A stretch of DNA of 64,000 bases from Octopus sinensis (GCF_006345805.1 NC_043007.1:27156001-27220000), one strand, 5' to 3'. Shown: positions 29,743 through 43,522, numbered from the stretch's first letter. Notes: generated from the letters alone by a model not told the origin. Translations and numbers: made by a program.

Positions 29743-29785
29743 CCACCTGAAGATTGTCGATCAAGACAAGAAACGATTGTAGTGG
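29743..29785 (+). ncRNA. Type I hammerhead ribozyme (right arm of palindrome)
   Basis: CCAC-CTGAAGA-TTGTC gatcaa GACAA-GAAA-CGATTG-TA-GTGG: all core positions canonical, 4-bp stem I, 5-bp stem II, near-palindromic stem III, GUA cleavage after 29781. Confidence 0.85.
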
Positions 29786-30009
29786 CGGTTTTTTTTTGAC
29801 TATTTATTAAAATTTTATGTATTGATTAAGTCTTTCCTTGTTTGTTTTGCAAAATAGTGGTTTTGTCTCTAATAATATTTTATAATATTTTACTATAAAA
29901 TTGGATTTAATCCTAAATCTGATTTTTTTCCCTGTAAATTTGGATTTATTCCCTAATATTTATTATTATATATATATATATATATATAATTAATGCATCA
30001 AAAAACCTA

Positions 30010-30560
30010 ATAGAAATCCAGCTAATGTTTGGGATCCACCACCTCTGTCCGATCAAGTTTACCATGACTTGAACCCTTTACATCAATCTCCTATTAATTT
30101 CGCCATCGCTGTTGATCAGAGTTTTGGGTTAGTGTTGAATCTTATCTTGTTAGGGTACAAATTGTTTGCTCCTCTTTGGATAGCTTAACTTTCCTCTCAT
30201 AACCGTAGCATACCTTCATTAGCTCCTCGATTCTCTCAATAATTACATCTGTTCTGCTGAAATTCCTCCTCTCTTCAATTTACTAAAAGAGAGACTTATC
30301 TTTCTGTAGCTTTTCATCCTTTCCCTGTCTTCCAATCCCGCAGCAAGTGAGTCTGCTCTAATAGTTTCTACCGCAAACCAGCCGTGTTATGTAATTCTTT
30401 CCTTTCTCATTCCTCTGGTCAATATTCTCTCACTTTTTGCCTCAATCTTACCTCAATCATTTTATTCTTCTTATAATAGTTTATCATTATATTTACTTGT
30501 CTTGGAATTGACTAGCATATTAAATGGGTTTCTGAAGCCTATTTTACTTCTTGCATCTTA
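30010..30560 (-). mobile_element. Decayed R4/Dong-type non-LTR fragment
   Basis: Pieces such as YER...RSKQFV..KIRFNTNPKL resemble the pre-RT region also seen at 31.9-32.1 kb on the + strand. Confidence 0.4.
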
Positions 30561-30949
30561 CCACCTTATTTTGAATGGCTTTCTATAAAAAAATTAAACG
30601 GTTACTTGCTCTTAGATCGATCCCATTGTATATTCGTAATTTTCCTGGTGGTATTCCATATTTATCTATGCTCCATCTTCTTTACATTGCCACAATTTAA
30701 CGTGACAGATCTACTGCTCGGAGACACTGGCAAGCATTTTGCTTGCAGACAAAAGCTATACATTTACCTGATAGGGATTTATTGTAGTGGAAGCAGGATA
30801 TTACACGATAACGATTAGAGACGATAATACCCATTCACAATAATAAGGCGATGGGACCCTAAATATTATGGAAATGTCTAAATCATACAGATCATACCAC
30901 TTCGTCCGTTACGCAGGGTACCAAGGAAGATGCCCCCGTAGTATATCAG

Positions 30950-32430
30950 GATGGAATAAAGAATGGACCTCTGCAGCGAAATTCCAAAATAATAGTTTAA
31001 ACGGTAATCAAAGTCGATAAACACGAATCCTGAACTTTCGGAACATTCACCACAAAATAACATCAGAAACCAAAACTCAAAACAGGAATGGACAAGGGAA
31101 GAGGCAAAAGGAAATCCTGAAAGTATTTTGAACAGCGCTAAAAGACCTTAACGTAGAATCATTGAACAGATATACATCGAATGACAAAATATGAACGACA
31201 GTAATCTAGAGCGTACAGATAGGGATGTACATGTAAAGAAAAATACTCACAGAAACTGAACCGAATGAAATAAGGGTCCAAAGTATTGAAGCACGTGAGG
31301 AGGATTTACAAAATGAAACTAAAAATTGCAAGTATTCTTCTAAGAGGTATTCTTTTACATTTCATGATTACATGACTAAGGAACCAACCTATCAAGACGA
31401 AAGTGAGATGGGAAACTATGCAAAAAATGAAGCTAATACTCAGGTCTTAGAAAATGAAGGTTAAGAAGATGGTATCTCACTTAAGGAAGGACACAAGAAA
31501 GAAATCACAGCAGACAAATAAGTCATCTTTGGAGAATTGAATATAATGTTATGCACTGAAACGAATGATAGTGACTGGCTGCCAAAATTCGAAAAGAAGA
31601 AGAAAAACGCAAAATAAGTTTAAAGTAACGCAACAATGAAAGAAATATTGAGAGACAGAATCAGTGATGTTATATAGTCTACGGTGAAGGCTTTGAGTAA
31701 CAAAATTGTACTTAAAATAAATGAAATAACAAACATGTCAACAGCCAACTCAGTAGAAAATCAAAATACAAAACAAAAATAATAATAAATTAAACATCTT
31801 TGAGGAGGATTGTCTATTCTTAAATGACCTTTCGAAGGGAATAAATGTCAAGATTAGCCAAGCATGAAACATTGAAGAAAAATACAAAATAACAGATGAA
31901 CTAAGTGTCCCTACATCAAAGACAGATGGAACCAACTCGTACCAGTCAAAGCAGAACGGGTTAGATGATAAGAATAAAGAAGTAAATTCTATAGACAAAA
32001 CTAGATTTTCCAAACAGACACAATGAAATTTTAAAAAGAAATTGGGAAACAAATACAAGAAATAAAGCATGCACTCAATATAAATGAAGAATAGGAATTT
32101 TGGATTGGAACTTTGGAGTAAAAGAATATAATGAGGAAAAGGGTTGAAACAACAGGGAGAATAAAAACCGTGAATGATGTGAAATTACAACAATGACTAG
32201 AAGATAAAGCGACAGAGCTTAGATAGACCGTTAACAAAACACGCAAAGAGAACTTGCCAGTAGTCGACCAAATCCCAAATTATTGATTAAATATACTTAT
32301 ACGAATCCGCAAGGCATTAGCGAAGGAAACCATAGCACTGATGCAAAACCCCATAGATGTCTCCAGTTAGTTGAGAGATGCCACAGTATAATTCCCGCGA
32401 AAAAAGACCATTAGCTAAGAAAAAGAATAT
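30950..32430 (+). mobile_element. Decayed R4/Dong-type non-LTR element, N-terminal to start of RT
   Basis: QEWTREE..EILKV near 31085 and PVVDQIPNY*LNIL near 32260 (cf. SPGxDxIxNFWLK); heavily disrupted. Confidence 0.55.
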
Positions 32431-32849
32431 CATTCAAATAAATATGCGTTATTTTTTGGAAACTACTCTCGTTCTGAAAGGAGGTAAAAGTATAAAACTG
32501 GGCATAAAATTGAATATAAAAACCAGTTTATGATCAAGAGAATGGTAGTATAAAAATCGCCAGACAAAGCATGAGAACTGAAATACTTTACATTACTAGT
32601 TTCAGCTCGGTAGCTGTGTGTATACTAGGGCACCGCTACTGGAACTTCCTCATGTGTGAATATTAAGTCTTGGAAATATCTAAGATCTCCCTCGATATAT
32701 TTATATATTTAACTTTCTTTTACACGGTATTACAAAATAGCCAAAGTTTCTACTTTTAAATAACAGTTACGGAGTCAGGCAAAGAAGGAAATTCAAAATA
32801 AACGATGTAGGTTTCCAAGGAAACCTCTTTCGTATTTCTTTTTCTACCT

Positions 32850-33231
32850 GACACTCATCCCAAGAAAACAAACTATGCTGGATCATAGATATAGCATGCC
32901 CAGCTGACAACAAGGTATGCGATAAGGAAGAAAGAAAAGTTGAGTGATATGACAGGTTAGCTTGGGAATTTAAGTCCTTGTGGTCAAGGAAAAAGGTAAC
33001 AGTAGTACCAATAATTGTCGGAGCCCTGGGAACAATGAACAAAAATATCGAGACGTATTGGGAACAAATAGGAGCTGCAATAAGGGTGGAGCACTTGCAG
33101 AACACAGCACTGCTTGGAACCGTTCGAATACTCCGGAAGGTGCTCGAAAAATAAGAGGCTTTACCTTAGTTCACTGGTAGTGGACAGCTGACATTGTAAT
33201 ACATCTCCAGCGTTAGAGGCTGTGCAAAGGC
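32850..33231 (+). mobile_element. 5'-truncated R4/Dong-type LINE: restriction-like endonuclease C-terminus, 3'UTR, (AAT)n tail
   Basis: CWIIDIACPADNKVCDKEERKVE*YDRLAWEFKSLWSRKKVTVVPIIVGALGTM...QNTALLGTVRILRKVLEK* (stop ends 33154); tail (AAT)n from 33232. Confidence 0.88.
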
Positions 33232-33466
<235 letters not shown>

Positions 33467-33474
33467 ACCCTTAT

Positions 33475-33694
33475 TCAATGACCTTTTGAGCAGGATAGGC
33501 TGTTCGAAACGGAGAAAATTCTAACTGGTCCCCACCAGGCAAGGTCATGTACTGTTTATATTGAGATGTGAGATCACTGGTCGCTTTCACATGGTTGTGA
33601 TGCGTGTGCCTGGTGTACCCTTTGCAGACGGGTAGTCATGATGGGTATATTTTACGCTCGTGTCACTTTGATGGCATACACCATTCTCTCACTC

Positions 33695-33745
<51 letters not shown>
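33475..33745 (+). mobile_element. Short retroposon 3' end with (AAT)n tail (RTE-type tail or SINE)
   Basis: Unique ~220 bp ending CTCTCACTCAATAATAAT..., between two (AAT)n tracts; family assignment from recollection only. Confidence 0.45.
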
Positions 33746-33747
<2 letters not shown>

Positions 33748-33749
33748 TA

Positions 33750-34330
33750 ACAGCAACAGGAAAACTACATAAAGTATGGCGAGATAAATAGAATGGAAGG
33801 TTTTAAGGGTTTAGAATAAGGACAAATATCTAGAATAAATAGAACCAACGAGATCTGATAGCGAAAGTGAAAGTAGAGTCTAGTAATGAGGATCAACCGT
33901 AATTTTATATCTGTAAACAGCTATAATTTGATAGGAATAAATTCACAGATGTACGTGCTAGACAGCTCATGTACAACACACACATAAACAAGGAAAAATA
34001 ATGACTATGTTTAGAACATAAGACATCAAAGTAGATTCCGACAGGTTATATTTACCGCCGGCAAAGGGCAGAAAGGCGTCGTGTAATTACGGAATTACTA
34101 CGAGGCAGTTATTGTAAGTTTATATAAGTATATAGCAGGGAATGATTGCAGATTAATATAAATAGCCCCAAAATACTTCCAGAAAAAAACAAAAAAAAAA
34201 CAAATCAGAAACAGAAGAAATTGTTCTGTATAGTCAAAGAACCTGGTTAGCAAGTAATATATAAAAAAAGGGGCATGAAAATTCTACGTTACGAGAAACG
34301 AATAAACACATTTACTTATATTTACACATA
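33750..34330 (+). mobile_element. Decayed R4/Dong-type fragment (post-RT region)
   Basis: VDSDRLYLPPAKGRKG..LRNYYEAVIVSLYKY resembles DVDRLYLPRxEGGRGL. Confidence 0.65.
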
Positions 34331-34378
34331 AAACGAAAAAGTCATAAACAGTCCCTACCTAAAGAAATATGCTGTACA

Positions 34379-34427
<49 letters not shown>

Positions 34428-34433
34428 ACATAC

Positions 34434-34577
<144 letters not shown>

Positions 34578-34585
34578 ATATATAT

Positions 34586-34628
<43 letters not shown>

Positions 34629-35112
34629 GTATATATATATATATATATATCCGTGCTACATATGTGTATGTAGCATAGTTATAACTCTACCCGACTAACG
34701 AGGCTAACCAAACATATAGAGTTAATATGTGAGAGAAGAATTCTGGTCTAATGTCCTCTAAATATATTATTGCATATTTAAAGAGATAATGCTAAATGTG
34801 TGCAAGCAACATTTCTTCTGAAAGGAAAAAGTGAAAAAAATTAATAAATAAATACAATGTACGAAAAATCATTAAACAACAGAAATAGCAAAACAGAAGA
34901 TTTAAAAGTCAAATGGCGAAGAGGGATCAGTCGAAAAATTAAGTAATATGTAAGGAAATACCTCGTGGTGTTAGTATATTGGCTAAAAGGAAAAAAAATT
35001 GAATTGGAATGAATGTGAAACTACGCAAGCACCTTAATATCAGAGACACAGAGAAGAAGAATAAGAAAGAGAGAAAGAGCGCTCCATAGAGTGAGGGAGA
35101 GAGCATGAGGGG

Positions 35113-35151
<39 letters not shown>

Positions 35152-35208
35152 AAGGAAGTGTGTGTGTGTATGCGTGTGAGTGAATAAAGATCTAAAACTA
35201 TATATATA

Positions 35209-35622
35209 TTTCTTTATTGCCCACAAGGGGCTAAACACAAAGGGGACAAACAAGGACAGACAAAGGGATTAAGTCGATTATATCAACCCCAGTGGGTAAC
35301 TGGTACTTATTTAATCGACTCCGAAAGGATGAAAGGCAAAGTCGACCTCGGCGGAATTTGAACTGAGGACGTAACGGCAGACGAAATACCTATTTCTTTA
35401 CTACCCACAAGGGGCTAAACACAGAGAGGACAAAGAAGGACAGACAAAGGGATTAAGTCGATTACATCGACCCCAGTGCGAAACTGGTACTTTATTTATC
35501 GACCCCGAAAGGATGAAAGGCAAAGTCGACCTCGGCGGAATCTGAACTCAGAACGTAGCGGCAGACAAAATACGGCTACGCATTTCGCCCGGCGTGCTAA
35601 CTTTTCTGCCAGCTCGCCGCCT
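35209..35622 (-). mobile_element. SINE family B dimer: head plus two bodies
   Basis: Same body-body junction as the 22.4-kb trimer, at ~35380-35400. Confidence 0.85.
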
Positions 35623-36065
35623 TAACGAACTAACTAACCGACATCTTCCGACTTCACTACGAACTCAAATCGAACTAACTTCACTCCGACCGCTACTACT
35701 TATAATCGCCCGGTCCAGTCTATTTCTTATAAGGGGGCGTCGTGACGCTCATCGCAACAGCCACAGAATTTATTCAAATTATCTACATCAGCAGAAAATA
35801 ACTAAGGACTCTGCTTATATTTCCAAAACATTACACAGCTCTCGATGTGGAATACAGACAACAAAGGACAAATAAGAGAAAACGTGTCTCACTATATTCT
35901 AGGCTGAAACAATTTTACATCAAAATCAATGAAAATAAACGGTGCAAACGGCATCGCTCTCAGCTGTTTCTACAATCGTACAGGAAAATAATTATTTAGT
36001 CATAAACTGCAAACTGTGGAGACACAAGCTGCTTTTTCTTGTCAAAAAAATATCTTCACAATGAT

Positions 36066-36188
36066 CAGGGGTTAAACATAGAGGGGACAAACAAGGACAG
36101 ACAAAGGGATTAAGTCGATTACATCGACCCCAGTGCGAAACTGGTACTTTATTTATCGACCGCGAAAGGATGAAAGGCAAAGTCGAAC
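36066..36188 (-). mobile_element. SINE family B, 3' fragment
   Basis: Tail type 1 and central domain. Confidence 0.75.
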
Positions 36189-36918
36189 CAAGGAATAGCA
36201 ACCTCGCGACATCTTCGAAGTAGTAAAAGATCTTTACCTTTTCACGGACAGATTTAAAAAGTAATTTTTTGTAACTAAGCACTTTCAAACTTCTCAAAAA
36301 CGCTAAGAGTAAAACATGTTTTATATGACACATTCTACCAGTGTCCAAAGTTTAAAGGTGTTTAGTTACAAAAAATTATTTCTTAAATCTGTAGTACAAC
36401 GCGGGCACTAAGCTAGACCATCGATGGCAGTTTGCCGTCCATCACATTAAAACACTATAAAGTACAGGGCTTATATCGAGGCAGACATGTCCGTCGGAAC
36501 AAATATTTCAGAAATGGTTCATAATAGCTGATTTGAAAGATTTCCAGAAAAGATAGTTCAGAATATCCGCATCAATGCGGATCGAATATTAAGAAACGTG
36601 TCAAAAAAAAAATCAATCACTGCGTCATATAAATGGTTCTAGAAAGAACTGCTTCTTCGTATACCTGCTCTGGAATTCGAAGACTTGTTTGCTGACAGTA
36701 CTTCGACATATTAGGTAGTGACTAAGAAATACTTTGATTTGGTTGGATATTTCGTGAAGAAGACTCTTTAATCACACTGTACGACTCCAAAGAAATTATA
36801 TTAACATCTGCCTACACTATTCGACCTTTCAATTATAACATCCCTGTATCCTTATCACTGTGCGACGTCCTTTAGCTAAGCACAATTAACCTGCTGAGTT
36901 TTATTCACAAATTATTAC

Positions 36919-36956
36919 CTTCGGCTATGTGACAAGTATAGCTTTCGAGATGCCAT
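36919..36956 (-). CDS. Candidate 38-nt exon 4 (MASRKLYLSHSR)
   Basis: Acceptor GTGTTTTCTTCTCGCAG|, donor AAG|GTAATA; phase 0 start fits exon 3; short, so chance is possible. Confidence 0.25.
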
Positions 36957-37029
36957 CTGCGAGAAGAAAAACACGTATTTGCTAAGCAAATTTCATAACC
37001 ACACACACGTATCCTCAAAATATTAGTTT

Positions 37030-38155
37030 CAAATTTGGGCATAAGGCCAGCAATTTTGGAGGTGGGGAAAGTCAATAACATCAACTTCAGTACTCAACTG
37101 GTACTTTATTTTATCGACCCCGAAATAGATGAAAGGCGAAGTTGACCTCGGAGGAATTTGTATTCGGAATATGAAGATGAACGAAATTGCGCTAATCATT
37201 ATGCTCAGTGTGTCAACCATTCTCCCCAAAACATTAATATAAAATATCGTTCATTCTTTAGTAAATGTTTCAAACGAAATTATTTCTTTGTTGCTCACAA
37301 GGGGCTAAACATAGAGGGGACAAACAAGGACAGACAAAGAGATTAAGTCGATTACATCGAACCCAGTGCTAACTGGTACTTATTTGATCGACCCCTAAAG
37401 GATGAAAGACAAAGTCGACCTCTGTGGAATTTGAACTCAGAAAGTATAGACAGACGAAATACCGTTTAGCATGTTGCCTGGCGTGCTAATGTTTCTACAA
37501 GCTCGCCGCCTTAATGGTAAAAATGTAATACTACAACCAAGGTTATTCGCTTCTCGACCATTCTGTCTGTACAATATGCTGAGAAACTTTTTCAGTGTTC
37601 ATATCTGTTAATATTTTCTCAACATTAAAGCGGTGATCTGGCAGAAACGTTAACACGCCGGGCGAAATACCTAGCGTTATTTTGTCTGTTTCCACGTTCT
37701 GAGTTCAAATTCCCCCGAGGTCGACTTTGTGTTTCATCCTATCGGGGGCGACAAAATTTGTTCTAGTTGCGTGCTGGGGTCCATCTATTCGACTGGCCCC
37801 CTCCCCCAAATTTTCGACCCCTGTGCCTAGAGTAAAAAAGAGTATTTACGGCGGCCAGCTGGCAGAGACGTGCCTATAGTAGAAAGGTATCTATTTTGCT
37901 GAGTAAGGCGACGGGCTGGCAGAAACTTTAGCACGCCGGGCGAAATGCTTAGCGTTTTTTGTCGGTCTTCACGTTGTGAGTCCAAATCCCGCCGAGGTCG
38001 ACTTTGCCTTTCATCCTTTAGGGGTTGATTAAATAAAAACCAGTTACGCACTGGGGGGCGATAAATTAAATACCAGTTGTGTCCTGGTGTCGATCTAATC
38101 GACTGGCCCCCTTCCCCAATATTTCGGGCCTCGTACTCAGAGTAGAAAAGAATAT
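37030..38155. mobile_element. Cluster of four SINE family B copies: 37030-37225(-), 37283-37512(-), 37626-37840(+), 37904-38155(+)
   Basis: Shared head and central domain; three carry the alternative tail type 2 (GACTGGCCCCCTCCCC...TAGAGTAGAAAAG or a diverged form). Confidence 0.8.
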
Positions 38156-38591
38156 TCTGTCAATATTGACGCGTTCATGTAATCACATGTAAGTGATTCA
38201 CGTGAAATATTCTCTCTTGGAAACCTACTAATGACTGTCGCAGTCGCTCGCACTCTACATCGAAATATGATTGAGAATATAAACACCAGACGCGTTGACA
38301 GTGCATGTCTGAAATCCACGGGAAGCAGTAATGTTGTCACCTCGTCTGGTCAACTGCATTGCAATTACAAGCGAAAAGAAATAACGTAGGAGATGTTAGC
38401 AAAACGATCAAACACATCAGATGTTACAACTAATATTCACGATTACTCATACACAGAGCTTTCAAATGTAGGCGAACTGCTGCTCGCGCAAACACATCCA
38501 TACACATATACACACACAGGAATACGCTCACCTACAAACTAACACAAGCGCATGAGTATGTTTCTATAATCAATAAATATGAAAGCACTTG

Positions 38592-38676
<85 letters not shown>

Positions 38677-38960
38677 TCGTCTATATATCTATTCACCTAT
38701 CTATATATCAATCTATCGATCTATATATCTGTCTCTCTATGGATGCATACATACAAATGTAACTCTCCATATACGTGCACACATAGCAATACACACAGAC
38801 ACACACACAAGTAAATATACATACATGTTTACACATGTATTTACATAGAACTACATACATATCCTCGCATATATATATATATATATTATATATATATGTG
38901 TGTGTGAGTATAATAGTATATATATATAATATATATATATATTATATATATATAATATAG

Positions 38961-39002
<42 letters not shown>

Positions 39003-39070
39003 CTATATACAAACACATATGTATGCACTCATCTATACATATAAAATATATGCATATATACATATATATA

Positions 39071-39123
<53 letters not shown>

Positions 39124-39689
39124 AATGTATGCATATATATACAAATATATACAAATGTATGCTATATATGTATATATATATACACACATACATAATGCGT
39201 AAACATGCACATTTTGCACACAAACGTATGCTCATACAAATGTACTTTGTACTTATACATTCATATCCCTTCGACATCTGACAAAGTCTTGCCGAAGCCT
39301 ACAAATCTTTGCCGTTATTGAAAATAGGTGAACGCCATCTTCGTTGGAAGAATATCCAATCAGTTTTATAGAACAAGCGCATTGTTGACAGTTCAATTAT
39401 TAGCTCTCACTCGCCAGGCGTTAGTTTGAACTTCAACAAATAGATGTAGCCTTGTATGTCATCTGACAAAATATAATGTTTATAGATATTAAAATATCAC
39501 ATATACTTACAAACCCATAGACTCACAAGCACGTACGGATAAATATCGTACGTACACACATACATAGATACATTCAAACATATATACATATATACATACA
39601 TTCAGACGTAGCAATTCTTATAGACTCAATGTTGTAGTACCGAGTGGAGCAGAGAGAACGGATGTTTTTGAAATGTCTATTACTCAGCC

Positions 39690-39903
39690 CCATTTGACCG
39701 CGTGTGTACCGTTGGCGAATTTTTTCCCTCTGTCTTCCCTTCTCTGGATCGTTCCTTCTCCTATGTTTCCGACGAAGAGCTCCGCTCGAAGGTTAAACCC
39801 TCCTTCTTTCCTTCTTTCCTGAGCGTCCAATATATAGCGTACTATATTTGTTCCACGTCCTAGCGTTGTTGTGTTTTTTTTGTGCTTTCTTGTTGGATAA
39901 CTA
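39690..39903 (+). mobile_element. ~210-bp hammerhead-bearing non-autonomous element (family HH2), ribozyme damaged
   Basis: Aligns with 41403-41612(-) and 50584-50688(+); GAAACGTT replaced by GAAGGTT at ~39788-39794; ends in (TA)n. Confidence 0.8.
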
Positions 39904-39922
39904 CATATATATATATATATAG

Positions 39923-39957
<35 letters not shown>

Positions 39958-40997
39958 TATATATATAATATATATATATATATCCGACTCGTAATATTCG
40001 GTCCGTAGAGTTTTAGCATTTTTCTTCTTTTCGGGTGAAGCCATGGCGCTGTGGAGGATAGGATGTTGCATGTTTGCCTACGATTGTTCCGTGAAGTATA
40101 ACGAATTTGTCAGCAATTTAGTTTGAGTTTCGGCACCACATCAATATTTACAGAAATCACGCAGTTCGCACCCGCAACACATTCTTACGTTGGACGTTGT
40201 CTGAATGCATATAAACTTTCATTTAATGAATATACCCTTGGCCTGACGAGTAGCCTGCAGTATACACCTCACCTGGATGTTTACCACGTCTAAGTAAGTG
40301 AATATATTTTCATCGACGTTCCAGGCACGACCGTTCTGTTTATTTTCATACGTGTAACTTCATTTACTAATGTACGTTTCCTCGGCTTGTTTCGATATTC
40401 TAACGATTCCTCTGATATTTCTAGCAGATCAAGCGACTGCAGAACGTCTGCTTACTTGCATTCTCCTTTTACCAATTGGATAACTTTAATCCGTTCGGAA
40501 TTGAATATGCTTTGGAGTGTAAGAAATTGGCAAATCTCGTGTGAAGAAATTCCATTTATATATTTCAGTAACGACATGCAAACATGCGAACATTATCGCA
40601 TCTAGATTGGTAAAGCATTTTATCAGAAGAAATAGTAAGAATAGGTTTTTTCCCATTCTTTTATCCTTTTGTGCGTTTCAGCTCAACCGCAGTGGTCATG
40701 CGGGGACAACGTCTGTATTAATACCTTTTCAATGGCCATTCTTTTATGATTGGCATTTGGTGACGGTGGGACTTCTATAGTGCTGCCCTCTTGTAGGTTT
40801 CTTGCCGTAAAATCGGTTCATCTGTGACCTTGGACAGTAAAAGATCAAGATGTTTCTTGAAAATATTTATATCAGACAAACAAATTTAACCGGTCAGATT
40901 GCACTATATGTATATGTGTTTGTGTATGTGTGTGTGTGTGTGTGTGTGCGTGTGTGTGCGTGTATATGTTTGCAAGTATGTAGTTGTAATCATGGCT

Positions 40998-41255
40998 TTC
41001 CGTCCGTTACGACGATGAGGATTCCAGCTGATGCAATCAACGGAAGAGCCTGGTCGTAAAATTAACGTGCAATTGGCTGAGCACTCCACAGACACATGTA
41101 CCCTTAACGCAGTTCTCGAGGATCTCCAGCGTGACACAGAGTGTGACAAGAAATAGAGGTACAACGGAAACAGGAAGAAAGAACGAGAGACAGTTGTGAT
41201 GAAAGAGGAAAGCAGAGTTCAACACCCCTGCCGGAGACTTGTGGATCTCTGGAGA
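40998..41255 (-). mobile_element. SINE family C, 3' part
   Basis: Aligns with 63645-63900. Confidence 0.75.
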
Positions 41256-41363
41256 AATGATAAACCATATGAGCCGTCCCAATTACATGCGGTGCTTCAG
41301 CGTCAACACATTACTCCTTCGGTAGGACTACAGCTTTGAAGCAGAAAAAATTAAAGATTAAAG

Positions 41364-41402
<39 letters not shown>

Positions 41403-41407
<5 letters not shown>

Positions 41408-41612
41408 TAATCCAAACAAGAAAGCACAAAAAAACACAACAACGCGAGGACGTGGAACAAATATAGTATTATTGGACGCTCAGGAAAGAAGGAAAGAAGG
41501 AGGGTTTAACGTTTCGAGCGGAGCTCTTCGTCGGAAACATAGGAGAAGGAAAGATCCAGAGAAGGGAAGACAGAGGGAAAAAAATCGCCAACGGTACACA
41601 CGAGGTCACATT
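41403..41612 (-). mobile_element. ~210-bp hammerhead-bearing non-autonomous element (family HH2), intact copy
   Basis: Flanked on both sides by TA-rich tracts; homologous to the copies at 39.7 and 50.6 kb. Confidence 0.85.
41504..41538 (-). ncRNA. 35-nt minimal type I hammerhead variant
   Basis: GTTT-CCGACGA-A-GAGC tcc GCTC-GAAA-CG-TT-AAAC: U4C core, extra A before stem II, ACGT palindrome as stem III, GUU cleavage. Confidence 0.65.
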
Positions 41613-41656
41613 TATATATGTATGTGTGTATGTGTGCGAGTGTGTATGTGTGTGTT

Positions 41657-41692
<36 letters not shown>

Positions 41693-41696
<4 letters not shown>

Positions 41697-41746
41697 GGCT
41701 GATGAGAGTTCAATTAAATGGAATCCCTTGAATCGATCGTACTGCA
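41693..41746 (+). ncRNA. Type I hammerhead with GAAA>GAAT lesion in an ~90-bp mini-element between (TA)n tracts
   Basis: TGCAG-G-CTGATGA(41699-705)-GAG..CTT-GAAT-CGATCG-TA-CTGCA; perfect CGATCG palindrome, 5-bp stem I with one bulged G. Confidence 0.6.
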
Positions 41747-41796
41747 TCGCATCTGGATATCCTGTTGCATATATTGATATGTATACATACAGATAC

Positions 41797-41864
<68 letters not shown>

Positions 41865-42291
41865 GTATATATGTATATGTATACATACACACACACATAT
41901 ATATGTATATGTATATATATATATATGTAGATGGAAAGTAGGAAGAAAAATGAGCGAAAATGCGTTTTGGAAACGGAAAAAAGTAGTCTTTTTATAAAAT
42001 GTAATGATAGATATATGCCATTAGATGAACGGAGGTAGGAATAAAATTAATAAAAGTCATTATTGTGAATTGTTAAAGAGATTCAGAAGCATATATATAT
42101 TTACATATATATATACACATATATATACATATACATATATACACACATACACACACATATATACATACACATATGTATATACTAGGAGAGATACTCATAT
42201 TCATACAAGCATACATACATACAAGTGTATGCATATATATATATACTCTCACATACGTAGATAAACGATTTACATACAGTGCAAAACTTAC

Positions 42292-42380
42292 CGTTTGGAA
42301 ATTGATTTTCTTCCTCTTATCTTGACTAGATTTGCCGCTCGTTGCGAAAGTGGATAAGATAACAGGCAGGCTTGGATTAG
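42292..42380 (-). CDS. Candidate exon 3 (ANPSLPVILSTFATSGKSSQDKRKKINFQT)
   Basis: Acceptor CTAATCCTCTTACAG|, donor ACG|GTAAGT, 89 nt open, phase 1 to 0, compatible with exon 2. Confidence 0.4.
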
Positions 42381-42630
42381 CTGTAAGAGGATTAGTGTTT
42401 AGAAACGCTACAAGTTTCCAAACTGCTCTGATAACGCTGTGATATCCATTAAGGCTATGAGAAATAAAATGGTGTAGCAAAAATTAAGGAAATCACGAAA
42501 AATTTACTCAACATATATTCTATGGAAATCTTGCCATATCTTTAAGAATTACAACTAAACGGTAATTCCTCAACTAATTCTGTTTTCTTAGAAGTGATAG
42601 TGAAATATTTCTGCAATATATTTACGCATG

Positions 42631-43236
<606 letters not shown>

Positions 43237-43522
43237 AGTTCAAAGGCCAAGGAAAAGAATCGACAGATTCTTGTTCGGGCTGAGCTGGGTCCTCGGAAAG
43301 GAAGCTTCACTCTTTGAAGAGAATTGTGGAAAACGAACCCCCGTTCGAAGGCTTCTACAAAACAGCTAGAAGTTAGTCCAAGAACGTGTGTTACATATCT
43401 GCATTATGCTTGGGTATAATGGACGAACATCTATAAGAAAACCTCTCCCTCAAACAATTAATATTGAATAAAAAGATTTTGAAAATTAATGATGTCTATT
43501 TACTTCCTGCATGTCTTTGTAT

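Larger units (their letters stand above)
29557..29884. repeat. Near-perfect long inverted repeat (158/160-bp arms, 10-nt spacer) of a Penelope-like terminal-repeat element
   Basis: 29557-29714 is the reverse complement of 29725-29884 except for one homopolymer (A7 vs T9); spacer TCAAATTATG; (TA)n on the left, and the right arm continues uniquely to a (TA)n tract at ~29965. Confidence 0.95.

Noticed and set aside
40240-40295. CTGACGA-GTA...TAC hammerhead-like start; also a 33-nt exon candidate
   Set aside because: No GAAA or stem I; the acceptor lacks a pyrimidine tract.
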